This document shows positions 35,522 to 47,245 of a DNA stretch of 64,000 nucleotides, piece after piece. Source of the DNA: Puccinia triticina (lineage: Eukaryota); NCBI GenBank assembly GCA_026914245.1, contig CP110440.1, forward strand, positions 1,054,001 through 1,118,000, given 5' to 3'. Both the position numbers and the translations under genes were made by a program. Each line of letters opens with the position of its first letter. The first letter of the stretch is position 1. The notes under the pieces are model-generated. The model was not told the origin of the DNA. It searched no databases and saw nothing but the letters and a program-made list of their open reading frames with translations.

Positions 35522-37079
35522 AAAAATGAAAATTATTGAATTGAAAAAGAATTTGACTTGGTATTGTTCAAAATTTACAGCTCATTAAGCACACAATGCA
35601 TCTTTGAAAATTTGCCATTAGCAGGATTTTGCTCCATTATCTGGAATATAAGTTGGTTTGCATCAGTGTGTAATGCCACAATCAGTGAGGAGAGTGTTTT
35701 TTATGAGATAATATTCAATCAAGAACAATTGGGGACCATTCAATTTACATTTGCAGCATTTTTCCACCCCAATGTGCATGCTTGCAGCCTAAATAGCAGG
35801 ATTTTCACCTGTTTTTGCTATTTTACACCAGTGTGTAATGCCACAATCAGTGAGAGGAGTACTTTTTATGGAATATTATTCAACGGATGTACTTTGCGCA
35901 CTGCGAAAAACTTGTCGCGCACTGCAGGGGGTGTCCACTCGACGTCCCGGCCACAGTGCGCAGAAGCTCAAAACGCTTCACGCACTGCAAATGAAAAAGC
36001 TTGAAAATCCCCTTTTTTTTTCTGCCAGCCGGCAGAGGGGATTTTTCTTGCCCCTCCTTCATTTTCTTGGGGTATTTGGACCCCTCAGCATGACGTAGAA
36101 AAAGGATGATAAAGAAATACAAAAACTAGGCAGAGCGCCTCCCCGGGGCGCACCCCCCCTGAATTTTCAACCTGCCAAAAGTCCATGGATCGGGTACAAA
36201 GCCCCTCGAAAACAGAGTTCGAGGGGCAGAAGTACATTCCCCATGACTTCGCCATGCCAATGGCCGGCACAGGTTGGTCCCGGAGCGGAGTACAACATGC
36301 AAACTCCCCCAATGACCGGCCAGCACCCAGGGGGAGTGCAAATCACCGGTCATTGAGTGGATTAAGCAGTCCTCTCGATGACTGGAACGGTCCCGGTCAT
36401 CAAGAGGGCTAAATGGTCATCTCGATGACCGGGAACGTTCCGGTCATCAAGAGGGCCAAATGATCCTCTCAATGACCAGAACCGTTCCAGTTATTGAGAC
36501 TCAGAGAATTAAACCCTCTTCTTGATGAACGGGTCCATTCCGGTCATCGAGAGGAGGAAACACTCCTCCTCTCAATGACTGGAACAGAACCAGTCATCAA
36601 GAGGAGTCTTTAATCTTCTCTCAATGACCTGGGGAAGTAAAGAGCCCGGTCATCAAGAGTGATCCTCCTCTCAATGGCCGGGTCTGTTCCGGTCATTTAA
36701 AGGAGTAAAGACTCCCCTCAATGACCGGAGGGAACCGTTCATCACTCCTCTCCTTGAACAGTTCACTCCGGCCATTGAGGGAGTGCTTCTACTCTCGGTG
36801 ACCGGAGCAGACCCGTTCATCAAGCGGATTAAGTTTTGATGACCGGGTCTGCTCCGGTCACCAAGAGTTTCTCTTCTCGATGACCGGGACTGTTCCGGTC
36901 ATTGAGAGGTTTGTTTACTCTTCTTGATGACCGGGACTGTTACGGCTATCGAGAGGTGTGTTTACTCCTCTCAATGACCGGGACCGTTCCGGTCATCAAG
37001 AGGTGTGTACTCCTCTCAATGACTGGAACGGTCCCGTTCATGGAGAGGTGTGTTTACTTCTCTCAATGAACGGGACCGT

Positions 37080-38144
37080 TGTAAGACTCAAAAGGTGTTG
37101 TGAGACCCTTTTGCTGAATGGCAAAAGGTATGGATGAGGTGCAAGCTCTGCCTTTCTGTATATCAGAAAACAAGACCACCAAGGTAAGCTTGGCAATTTA
37201 TTTTGTGATAGGATATGTTCGAAGATGAGATATATAAGAGGATTGTTGTTGATGTCCGAGGTTGATGGGGTTACTGATGTATGTGATAGGTGACGGTGAC
37301 TTGATGTCTCGAGTGGGGGTTGAACCTAGGTCCTTGGCCTGAGGGTATATAAGTTCAGAACGTGAGGGGTGATGAGGGTGAGAGGGAGCTAAGCTCAACC
37401 AGGAGTGGAACCGGGGACTGGTTACTGGTGAAAGGTGTGTGACTGAGCGGTGATATGAATTTCAAATAAAGTGTGAAAGGTATGTGAACTGAGTGGTGGT
37501 GTGAGCTGATAACTGTGATATGGATAGATAATATGAGTGATAAGTGAGTAGGGAATATAGACCGCCGGATGGCATGAGGATCTGAGGGGGAATGTCCCCT
37601 GATGGGATGAGGAGAAAACAACTGGCAGGCAGAGGCCTCCTTATATAGACAATGATGAGGGAATTTAGCTCCAGGGGAACAGCTTTGAGGGAATTTGGCT
37701 GGTGAGAAAGTACAACTGAGGGAATTTAGCTAGACTATTTACAATGCGTCCCTTTGATATGCAAACAGGATCATATATATTCATACAAGGATTTTCCAAG
37801 ATCAAAGATATGCAAATGGGAAACAAACATATGCAAGGGGAAATAGGAGGTGAGGCCTGATAAAAGGAAGGAAGAAAAGTAATTCATGTGCCGTATGCAT
37901 TATGCCAAGTATGGTAGCCAAGAGTTGAGTCTGTGTGTGAACCCACTCGGACTGGTGCGTGAAAGGGGTGATTTGCGTATCTTCTGATCCGGTAGAGATA
38001 TGAGGGTGGTTTCAGTGGGTGACTAGGGGCTATTTTGGTCCTAGATTCCATTTCTGCTTTCCAGTTGGCTGTATCTTGAGGCGTTTTGTGAGTACACATA
38101 AAAGTTTGAATTTTCCTCCTACAAACACAGGAATAATGACCACA
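37080..38144. mobile_element. Solo LTR (1065 bp)
   Basis: TGTAAG...ACCACA, 4-bp TSD CCGT, interrupts a GGGACCGTCCCAGTC repeat unit cleanly. Confidence 0.85.
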
Positions 38145-38541
38145 CCGTCCCAGTCATCGAGAGGACTGCTTAATCCACTCAATGACCGGTGATTTGCACT
38201 CCCCCTGGGTGCTGGCCGGTCATCGGGGGAGTTTGCATGTTGTACTCCGCTCCGGGACCAGCCTGTGCCGGCCATTGGCACGGCGAAGTCATGGGGAATG
38301 TACTTCTGCCCCTTGAACTCTGTTTTCAAGGGGCTGTGTACCCGATCCATGGACTTTTGGCAGGTTGAAAATTCACGGGGGGTGCGCCCCGGGGAGGCGC
38401 TCTGCCTAGTTTTTGTATTTCTTTATCATCCTTTTTCTACGTCATGCTGAGGGGTCCAAATACCCCAAGAAAATGAAGGAGGGGCAAGAAAAATCCCCTC
38501 TGCCAGCTGGCAGAAAAAAAAGGGGATTTTCAAGCTTTTTC

Positions 38542-39595
38542 CACTACAAACATTTATTATTTTGCCCCAAAACAAAATAAAAGTCAACATGAAAAAAATA
38601 AAACCAAAATTTCACTCAGGGGAACAAACTGAGCATGCTGAGCCAAAAAAATAAAATGTCCCAAACTGAGCAAAAATTGTCAGACAATGTTTTGGGATGG
38701 TTTTTTTTCACGGGCCTGGTGGGCCCAGAGCGGGCTTGAGCGGGCCTTGAGCAGGCCTGAGACGGGCCCGCCCCAAAAGCACATTGGGTCAGTATTAAAG
38801 GAGTTTTGCCTTGCCCTGGGAGCTTCTGGGGCTTTTGATGGGCCCAAAGTCTCAACATGGGCTTTTGGTGGTCTAGAAGTATCAACCTGGGCCACTGAAT
38901 AGCCCATGGGCCTTTGAATTCACAGAAAGCCCACCATGAGCCCTCACATAGCTAATGGGCTCTTGGTGGCCCATGAAGATCACTATGGGCCAACTACTTC
39001 CATCATGGGATCCCATGGGCTTTTGCTTCCTTTCTGGGCCCCAAAAAGCCCATGGGGAGCTTTTTGGACCACCAAAAGCCCATGAGGATATCTGTTGGCC
39101 CATGGAGATTTTCATGGGCCACCAAAAGCCCATGAGGGTATCTGTTGGCCCATGAAGATTTTCATGGGCTACCAAGAGCCCATCAGCTATGTGGGGGCTC
39201 ATGGTGGGCTTTCTGGGAATTCAAAAGCCCATGGGCTATTCAGTGGCCCGGGTTGATACTTCCAGACCACCAAAAGCCCATGTTGAGATTTTGGGCCCAT
39301 CAAAAGCCCCAGAAGCTCCCAGGGCAAGGCAAAACTCCTTTAATACTGACCCAATTTGCTTTTGGGGCAAGCCTGTCTCAGGCCCGCTCAAGGCCCGCTC
39401 AAGCCCGCTCCGGGCCCACCAGGCCCGTGAAAAAAACCATCCCAAAACATTGTCTGACAATTTTTGCTCAGTTTTGGACATTTTATTTTTTTGGCTCAGC
39501 ATGCTCAGTTTGTTCCCCTGAGTGAAATTTTGGTTTCATTTTTTTCATGTTGACTTTTAGGTTTTTTTTGGGCAAAATGCTAAATGTTGGTAGTG
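38542..39595. mobile_element. Palindromic CACTA MITE/foldback (1054 bp)
   Basis: CACTACAAACATTTA...TAAATGTTGGTAGTG. TSD TTC. The two halves are reverse complements, with AAAGCCCATG repeats. Confidence 0.92.
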
Positions 39596-39716
39596 TTCAT
39601 TTGCAGTGCGCGAAGCGTTTTGAGCTTCCGCGCACTGTGGCCGGGACGTTGAGTGGAGGCCCCCTGCAGTGCGCGACGAGTTTTTTGCAGTGCGCAAAGT
39701 ACATCCGTTATTCAAT

Positions 39717-39918
39717 AGGGGAGTTCACAATTGAAATTTACAAAACTTTGGGACACATTTTAAGGTGTTTATGAACATTTTTTAAAAAAATTGATAAATT
39801 GCACTGATTGATCAGTCTCACCTACTTCTGTGCATTTTCCCAAAATTTTAAAACTTTGTTCATAAAGGCCTAAAATTTGGCTCCAAAGTTTAGTAAAATT
39901 CAATTGTGAACCCCCCCT
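39717..39918. mobile_element. Harbinger-like MITE (~200 bp); partial relatives at ~41112-41190 and ~60960-61038
   Basis: AGGGGAGTTCACAATTG...CAATTGTGAACCCCCCCT. TSD AAT. Confidence 0.8.
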
Positions 39919-40286
39919 AATGGAGAACATTTGGGCACCATCTCATTTACAGTTGCGGCATTTTTCCACACCAATGTGCATACTTGCAGCCTGAATAGCA
40001 AGGTTTTCACCTGTTTTTGCTGTTTTGCACCAGTGTGTAATGCCACAATCAGTGAGAAGAGTATTTATTATGGAAGATTATTTAATGGAGAACATTTGTG
40101 CACCATTTAATTCACAGTTGCGGAACTTTTCCACCCCAATGTGCATGCTCTAAGCTACTTCTATTCCAGATGATGAGGGAAAATGCTGCTAATGGGCCAT
40201 TTTCAAAGATGCATTTTGACATGAAGATGTAAATTTGAAAGTATACAAATTCAATTGCTTCTTCAATTCAACAATACAATCTGCAT

Positions 40287-40495
40287 TAGAGATGGCCATT
40301 TTGCACCTGCTGGCGGGTACCCGCCAACAAGGCAACTGTGCACCCTTTCAGGTACCCATGGCGGTGTGAGATGTTCAATCCTAGTAAAAATTCAAGGAAT
40401 TCACTCCACAACAGCCCTGGGTACCTGCCAGGGTACACAGTTGCATCCTGAAAGGTGGTGGGTACCCGCCAGCGGGTGCAAAATGGCCATCTCTA
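40287..40495. mobile_element. hAT MITE
   Basis: TIR TAGAGATGGCCATTTTGCACC. 8-bp TSD ATCTGCAT. Confidence 0.92.
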
Positions 40496-42297
40496 ATCTG
40501 CATTACTTTAAAAAAATGCAACCGCTATATGTCAAACCGCTATACCATGACTTTGAACTGCTATACATGTATGTAAAGTACATAATGTTTGTAGTGCAGG
40601 TTGGCTTGTCCACTCAGATCACCAACTGTCTGACAACCTTTCAGAGAAGCTGACACTCATTCCCCAGCCGTTAGAACCATTGGCTCAATCCATGCTTACC
40701 AGTGCATTGGCATGATTGGACTGCCCTTCCTGTTGGGGGTGGTGTTTTGGTGTCAAGTTAGCCCAGTCTGACACTCTTGGAAGTCCAATTTCAGGCTTGG
40801 TTGGCCCAACCATAATCCAATACAGGAGCAAACAAAATTTAAATCTTGTTCTACAAGTGGAGATGTAGTGAAGCATTGCGCCCATTGACTTGGATCAGAT
40901 CACAACAATCTCAGAACGCTACTGCTTCTTATATTTTCATTTGATTATTTTCTCTTTTCATCCAGAAGAGAGCAACTTTGCTACTGCTCTTAGGTAAAAA
41001 GAAATTCAACCAATTTGACAGAGATTAATTGTAAATACATAGACACCTCAGTATTACAAAAGTACATAATAAATCTTAGTCCTTTGAAACTTTTCAGGAA
41101 CATCATAGAATAGGGAGGCTCACAATGGAAATTGGCAAAACTTTAGAGCCCATTTTGAGGTGTTTATGAACATTTTTTCACATTTGATAATGTGTAAGGG
41201 ACAATGTCAACCAGTGAAATTGATGGACCTGAGGTAGTCAAGAAACTTCAGTCTTGTTTGGTTTGTATTTTAGCACACTCCTAATAACTGAGTGAGATTT
41301 GCCACACTCCAAATAATCGAGTGTGCCACAATTACATTCTGGGAGCAGCAGTGGGAGGATATGCTACATGAAGCTTTTTTTAGTTATCCATATTAATTAC
41401 TTCAGGAGAATGTATACTTTTTGGCCCATATAACCATATCATAATGTAACAGTTTTGTTTTTGCCGTTATTTTAATTTCCAGGTAATTCAAATGTGCTTT
41501 AATCTAGGTGAACACACCAGTGGTACTTCATGGCAAGCAGGTTTGTACCCTTGCAGGATTCAGCTGATCTGTGGAACTGACAAGGTTGGGCTTGGTAAGC
41601 TTTTTGGTTCCAAAAATTGGCATCTTTTCCCAGTTGGTTCCACAAAGCGGCATTTGGCCTCTATGGATTCCACAAAACAGATCCCTTGCACCCTGCGCTG
41701 CAAGAAAAAGTCAAGCAACTGCAAGCAGTTGACACATGAGAACTCCAAGCAAGCTTGTGGTATTACACAAGCCTTTGTCAAGGCTTACTGTGGACCAAGC
41801 CTCAATGCACAGTGACTGTGCAGAAAAAGCTTATGTGTTTTTTGGTGGAGCTAGAACATCAGTTCCACAGCATTAACACACATGTCAACTGCTAGCAGTT
41901 GAGGGAGTTTTTCTTGCAGTGCTGGGGACCATGTTGGTTCCATGGCATCAGCACCATTTTCAACCTCCAACCAGGATGAGCTCAGGCTAGCCCTGACATG
42001 TTGAACGCTTGAGAAAAGATGATCATGGAAAAAAAGAAAGAAAAAAAAAAGTTGAAAGAAGAAACTTAAACAAAAAATGACATAAGATACCAAAAGAAAG
42101 ACAAGTAGGCATTTATGTCCTTGGAAGGGAATCCAGTTGATACAAGCAAGGAAACACCTACGGGAGGAGGAAGGCAACAAACAAGGTTTTCAGCCCAAAT
42201 CCAAAAACCCATCAAGCGGGCATGTTGACATAAGGGGTAGGCCTCCACCGTTGTGGACAGCTCCGCTGTTGGCTCCCGCTCCCGCCTGTGAGGTCTA

Positions 42298-42658
42298 GTA
42301 AGCTTGCTATCCCTTCAAATAGCCAGCACCCAACCCACTTTGTGTTATCCCCCCGCAAACCGTCGCAGGACGTCCGGCAGCGGTCGTGGGAACGCTGACT
42401 GACTTTTGGACTTGTTTCAGCCACCCCCCAAAAAAATTGACACTGGAAATTCCTTGCGCTCCGGCTGCTGCGGGCTGAAGCGAAGCGCCTTCGGAGAGTG
42501 ATCCGCGCGGGATCCCCCGGATCATCCGCTCGAAGGGCGCGAGGTTTCTTCCCGAACTTGACACAAGTCCGGAGGTTTCGCACTGCCTCGGAGGGGTTTA
42601 TGTAAGCTCGATTTTTTTCCGGTCCGGGCAATATTCATCTAAGATCTGGTGGGCAAAG
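42298..42658 (+). promoter_or_regulatory. Putative SPE2 5' leader: intron 42298-42420, GC-rich stems 42445-42572, start-stop uORF 42600-42605
   Basis: GTAAGC...GCTGAC...TTTCAG intron signals, several long complementary segments, ATG-TAA 59 nt upstream of the main ATG. Confidence 0.55.
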
Positions 42659-44114
42659 ATGGCCTGCACAACGGTAGTCGAAGACCAGCCGGCGACGACG
42701 ACTGAAGATTCCCCTAACGGCCCGTTTGAAGGACCGGAAAAGTTGCTCGAACTCTGGTTTGCTCCCTCGGCCGACCAGGTGCCTGTTGACTCTAACATCG
42801 GCAAAAGATCTGCGGTTTCGAATGGCCCCAAGCTCTCTGGTCTTCGTACCGTCACCCACGATCTTTGGCGTGGCATGTTGGACGAGGTTAAGTGTAAAGT
42901 TCTCAGTGTCATCGAATCCGACGAAGTCGATGCTTTTCTGCTTTCGTAAGCATCTGCCCAATCCTTTCTATTTATGGAAATAAGTTGAGCCTGCCATCTG
43001 ATTGCAATGTATGAATTCAGTGAATCGTCGATGTTTGTCTGGCCACACAAGATAATCCTCAAGACATGCGGCACCACTGGATTACTTCTGGGCTTAGATA
43101 CCCTTCTGAAGATCGCCAGAGAAGAATGCGGATTTTCCGGGGCCTGGCGTTGGTTTTATAGTAGAAAAGCATTCATGTTTCCTGCCCAGCAATCAGCTCC
43201 ACATACCTCTTGGGAAGATGAGACCAAGTTTTTGGATCAAAGATTTGGTAGGTCTGCTCTTTAATTATTATTATTTTTTCCAGCATCAATCCAGCCATTC
43301 TCCATATCTAGCCTGGCAGCTACTAATTGAGCAAATATTCTATGATTTATTTTGACTAGCTCCTCATGCGACGGCCCAAGTGCTAGGAAACAACCCTTGG
43401 TATCTTTATCATAGAACAGCGCCACCTCGATCCGGCAACGCACCACAGTCAGGTGTGATCTTATCGACCCCCGCCCACGCAGACGTCACCCAGTTGAACG
43501 GATCTTCTGAAGCTATCGAGCCTGATCAAGTTGGGCGCCTGGCCGAAAGAGACTACACCCTGGAGATTTTGATGACAGGCTTAAGCCGACAAGCCGCTAG
43601 TCACTTTGAGTCAAGCGATGATTTGGGTGAAGGCCATGATCCCGGGATGAAGATTGCGACGACGCACCAGATCGATGCTGCTTCGTTACTCGGAGGTGGC
43701 GAGACTGATGCCTACCTCTTTTCACCCTGTGGCTTCTCGGCCAATCTGGTCGGTGGTCCAGACAAGAAGCGATACGGGACGATCCATGTGACTCCTGAGC
43801 CCTCACACAGCTTTGCCTCATTTGAAACCAATGTGGATTATACCCATCGGCATGAAGATCTAAAGAAAGTGATCTCTCGAATCCTCAAGACCTTCGAACC
43901 AAAGAAGACGACGATCACCCTCTTCAACTCTCATTCTGAAGATAGCTCCAACCACGACTGTTCGCACTCTGATTTAGACCAAAAATTGGACCAACTTCTT
44001 GAGGAAGATCTAAAAAGTTTGTATCGACTTGGTGAACAAAAAGATCATGAACTTGATGACTATAACTTGGCTTATATCAGCTTGGAGCGCCGAGAAGAAT
44101 TCCCTGAAGATTGA
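42659..44114 (+). CDS. SPE2: S-adenosylmethionine decarboxylase proenzyme, ~422 aa; exons 42659-42945, 43021-43247, 43360-44114
   Basis: GPFEGPEKLLELWF; self-cleavage site LLSE|SSMFV formed across intron 1; LKTCGTT, FYSRKAFMFP, FSPCGFSAN, TIHVTPE, FASFETN. Confidence 0.96.
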
Positions 44115-45689
44115 CCCGATTTTCTTCGATATTTTATGGTCTCCTTTTTTTTCTCTTCAATTTTTCTCATTCGGAAAGGAGCTTCTACTTTTAATAAGGA
44201 TTGTAGGTCTTACCTGTCCTTGCCTCGAAGTTAGTGTTTGTTTATAGATTTTCCCAAGTTATACAAGAGTTGGTGCATTGATAAATAGTCAAATGAAGGC
44301 AAAGATACACACTTGATTTCAACAAACTTCAAAGCAAGAAGCAATCACCAAGATATACGCAAAGGCATCGTGATCCGGCCTTCTCTATCAATGTGTCTCA
44401 GTAATATTGGATAACATCTGTCCTACATCACATGAAATGAAAAAACTCACACATAGATAAAAACAAGTAGACGCAATTACATCATGTTGTAATAACGGGG
44501 CTCACAATAGCACTTTAGAAAAATGTTCCTTGTTTTGAGCACCAGTTAGAGTGCCAGCAGAATTCCCAACATAAATACTTCCTCTTCATCTGAATTGTGA
44601 ATCAGTTTTGGATATTTGATTGTGCTGTGACAGGGAATGTGACATCCAGCTGGACGTGCACGTGTCAGAAAACATTCAAGTACCAACCTGGACAGTTGAC
44701 CATGTCCATGACTCCTGGCAACATAAAAAAATGAGGGGAATAGGTCTCGAGTGACATTCAGTAACATCTGGGGAAACTCCAGTAGGACTCTGACAGCACT
44801 GCCCTTGAAAAACTATTGCCCCTTAAGGGAGTAGCGGGGCACTGATGGATGTGACTTATCATGCCCTTCCATTGTCTGGCTGAGCCAGGCAGGCTTGGCC
44901 ACTGGAGCTTGTGCATCAAAACCCTCCAAACTCCACCCTGTCACACCCACATGTCAAGATCCATTGGGATCATGAAACCATCTTGTATGAAGTCAAATGG
45001 AGCCAACTTTGCACCTATCATCAACCCAACACAGTGTTGGAATCCAGCAACCACTGTCTGTGACCATGGAATAATGCCAGCTGGCTTGCCCTGGTGCTGA
45101 CCTGTGATTTGGGAACATATGCGATATTGCAAACAGAGAGTGGTCAAGTGGGAGACCATGCTCTTTCAGCCCCAGATCATGACGTGAATTGGTTTGGTTT
45201 GGGCCCAAAAACAGTGCCCAAACCCAACCCAATTGTGTAATCCTGGGTTGGGGTAGATTTGCAAATATGCTTCCCAGATCCAACCTGAGAAGTTTATAAG
45301 TTGGGTTGGGCGGGTTTGGGTCTTGTGATTGGCTCTCAAAACCTGCCTGAGCCCAACCTGCAACCTGGCAGTTCTTGGGTTGGCCTACCCTATTTACACC
45401 CAGAAAGAGGACCCACTTACAATGTATAATGTGGTGTCCAAATGGCAGATAAGGATTTTTGCTTTCAAAAGCACTTGGACCGGACCCCTGTTCTAAACTG
45501 TGCTACAGGACCATGTGTTGATGGTTAGAAAATCTTGCTACAGCCCTGTTACTATGTTAGTACTTGTTATGTATGACCAAATCTGTGGAGAGGAAGATGA
45601 GATCTGGGGGTTCTGGATCCTATATGGTAGATTTCAGGATGAGGAAGAGGTCTGGACCTCCAGCCTCTCAAACAAGACCGCACATATTA

Positions 45690-45834
45690 CACTACAGTTA
45701 GCTTTGTAGCTTTGTAATTTAGCAGTTTTTGCGGCCACTAAGCTAATATTACATTGTAGGACAAACTCAGCTACAATTACAGCTACAAATTGTATGAGAA
45801 AAAAGTGCATGTTTAGCTGCAAATTACAGCTAAT
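45690..45834. mobile_element. Left half of an AGCTA-rich CACTA MITE; apparent continuation at 63953-64000
   Basis: Starts CACTACAGTTAGC. TAGCT/AGCTA repeats stop abruptly at 45834 and resume after 63952. Confidence 0.65.
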
Positions 45835-45999
45835 TAGAGATGGCCTCTCGCACCCAGGTACCCACCACGGGTGCAGGTACCCGCCTGAAATTTTGCAAAT
45901 TCTCAACACCTGCACCCGCACCCGGCACCCGCCTGCAGGTGCTGAGCGGGTGTTCCGGGTACCTGCTGGCGGGTGCCGGGTACCCAAGTGCCATCTCTA
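45835..45999. mobile_element. hAT MITE, left boundary of the composite
   Basis: TAGAGATGGC...GCCATCTCTA with GGTACCCG subterminal motifs. Its 3' ~90 bp are directly repeated at ~63845-63952. Confidence 0.9.
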
Positions 46000-46159
46000 C
46001 CTAGTATTGGCCCTTGCTGCAAGTGGTCTGTATAGTATTCTGTTTTTTTTTCTGAAACAAAAAATACAGGTATAGTAACATTTTTTGCCCATTGTTACCG
46101 CAATAACGCACTTAACCAGGTGTAAACATAAGGCAATGACATGTGAGCTCCTGATGATT

Positions 46160-46330
46160 GTACAGGAAAACCATGCCACCTACCTGGTCCTTGCGGCAAT
46201 AGCATGCGCTTATTTAGGAATGCTGGGTAGATCTTGTTCCCTTGAGAGATTTTTCTCTGTGGCTGCAGACATGTGTAGCTCTTGTTTGCTCCCTTCAAAT
46301 ATTTCACAGTCCATCAATAGCCTTGCCAGG
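46160..46330 (+). pseudogene. hAT transposase C-terminal dimerisation-domain remnant
   Basis: QENHATYLVLAAIACAYLGMLGRSCSLERFFSVAADMCSS resembles the hATC pattern YPxLxxxAxxYLxxPxSSxxxERxFS. Confidence 0.7.
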
Positions 46331-47245
46331 GTGAAGCCGGGCAGCCCAATTGACATCCCTAGTTTGGACCTGGCAAGTATGGCGGGCCAGGGGCATAATT
46401 CGGAAGAATTTGAAATAATTGTGACACTTTTGACCTTTCAGGGGTGTGAAATGTGGTTTTTCATTTTTTGTTGGCATGATTGGCGTGTCAGGGCCTCCAT
46501 ACCCGGGAGGGGTGTTTGAGATTTCAGAAAGCCAAATTTCTGAAATCAAAATTTTGAACAGGCAGTATGCCTGTATGGTTGCCAGGCAACTGGTGCCTCA
46601 GACCCCCCATATAATGGCTGTATTGGGTTGGCGGAGTTTGCCAGGCGGGGGTTGGCTGGCACATGAAAAAAATTACTGCTTCAGTGCCAATATATGTACC
46701 CGATTGCCTCAACGTTCCACGATTGGATCACAGTCACTAAAAAAATCCTGATGGCCTACCTGTAACGACTCTATTTGGTGATCATGTAATCTTTATTGAT
46801 CTTCAATCATGAATTACTAATCATTAAATTAGGAACAATTGGGGATCACGGTTCCGTGTCATCATTGTTGTCTATTTCACTTGTGTCGTGAATCATGACG
46901 TATCCTTGTTGTTAATTTGTTGTGACATCATTGGTAATTTCCCCAAAAAGTTTGATTTATCTGTTTACCTTTGTATGTTGTTCAGGTCTTCTTCTTTCCT
47001 CTTTTTCCCATTGATATATTCTTTGTCACTATATTACAAACTTTACTTATCATCATTGCTCCGAGTAAACATTGTTTCTCAAGAAAGCTTATAAACAATT
47101 ATCATAATCATTGTGAATAATCTAATCTATTACTCAAGCATACGGCAAACTATCCCCTTGGATAAGTTTCATAGCCACATAGCAAACTGAGTAGTAGGGT
47201 AGACCCCACAGTTATATCTTGATCTTCTTTTTTTTAACCATAATT

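Larger units (their letters stand above)
35884..39707. mobile_element. Non-autonomous long-TIR (~500 bp) DNA element with 8-bp TSD; superfamily uncertain (MULE-, hAT- or Academ-like)
   Basis: CGGATGTACTTTGCGCACTGC ... GCAGTGCGCAAAGTACATCCG. TSD TTATTCAA. Right TIR is split by 38542-39595. Confidence 0.88.
34323..40596. mobile_element. Non-autonomous CACTA element hosting six nested insertions
   Basis: CACTACAAACATTATGTACTTTACAT ... ATGTAAAGTACATAATGTTTGTAGTG, ~90-bp TIR. TSD CAG. Confidence 0.92.

Noticed and set aside
38616..39525. Paired ORFs on opposite strands
   Set aside because: Mirror translations of a palindromic CACTA MITE.
45180..45392. TTGGGTTG-rich stretch as telomeric repeat
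   Set aside because: Not TTAGGG arrays. It looks like subterminal repeats of a truncated MITE with one CCCTA end.
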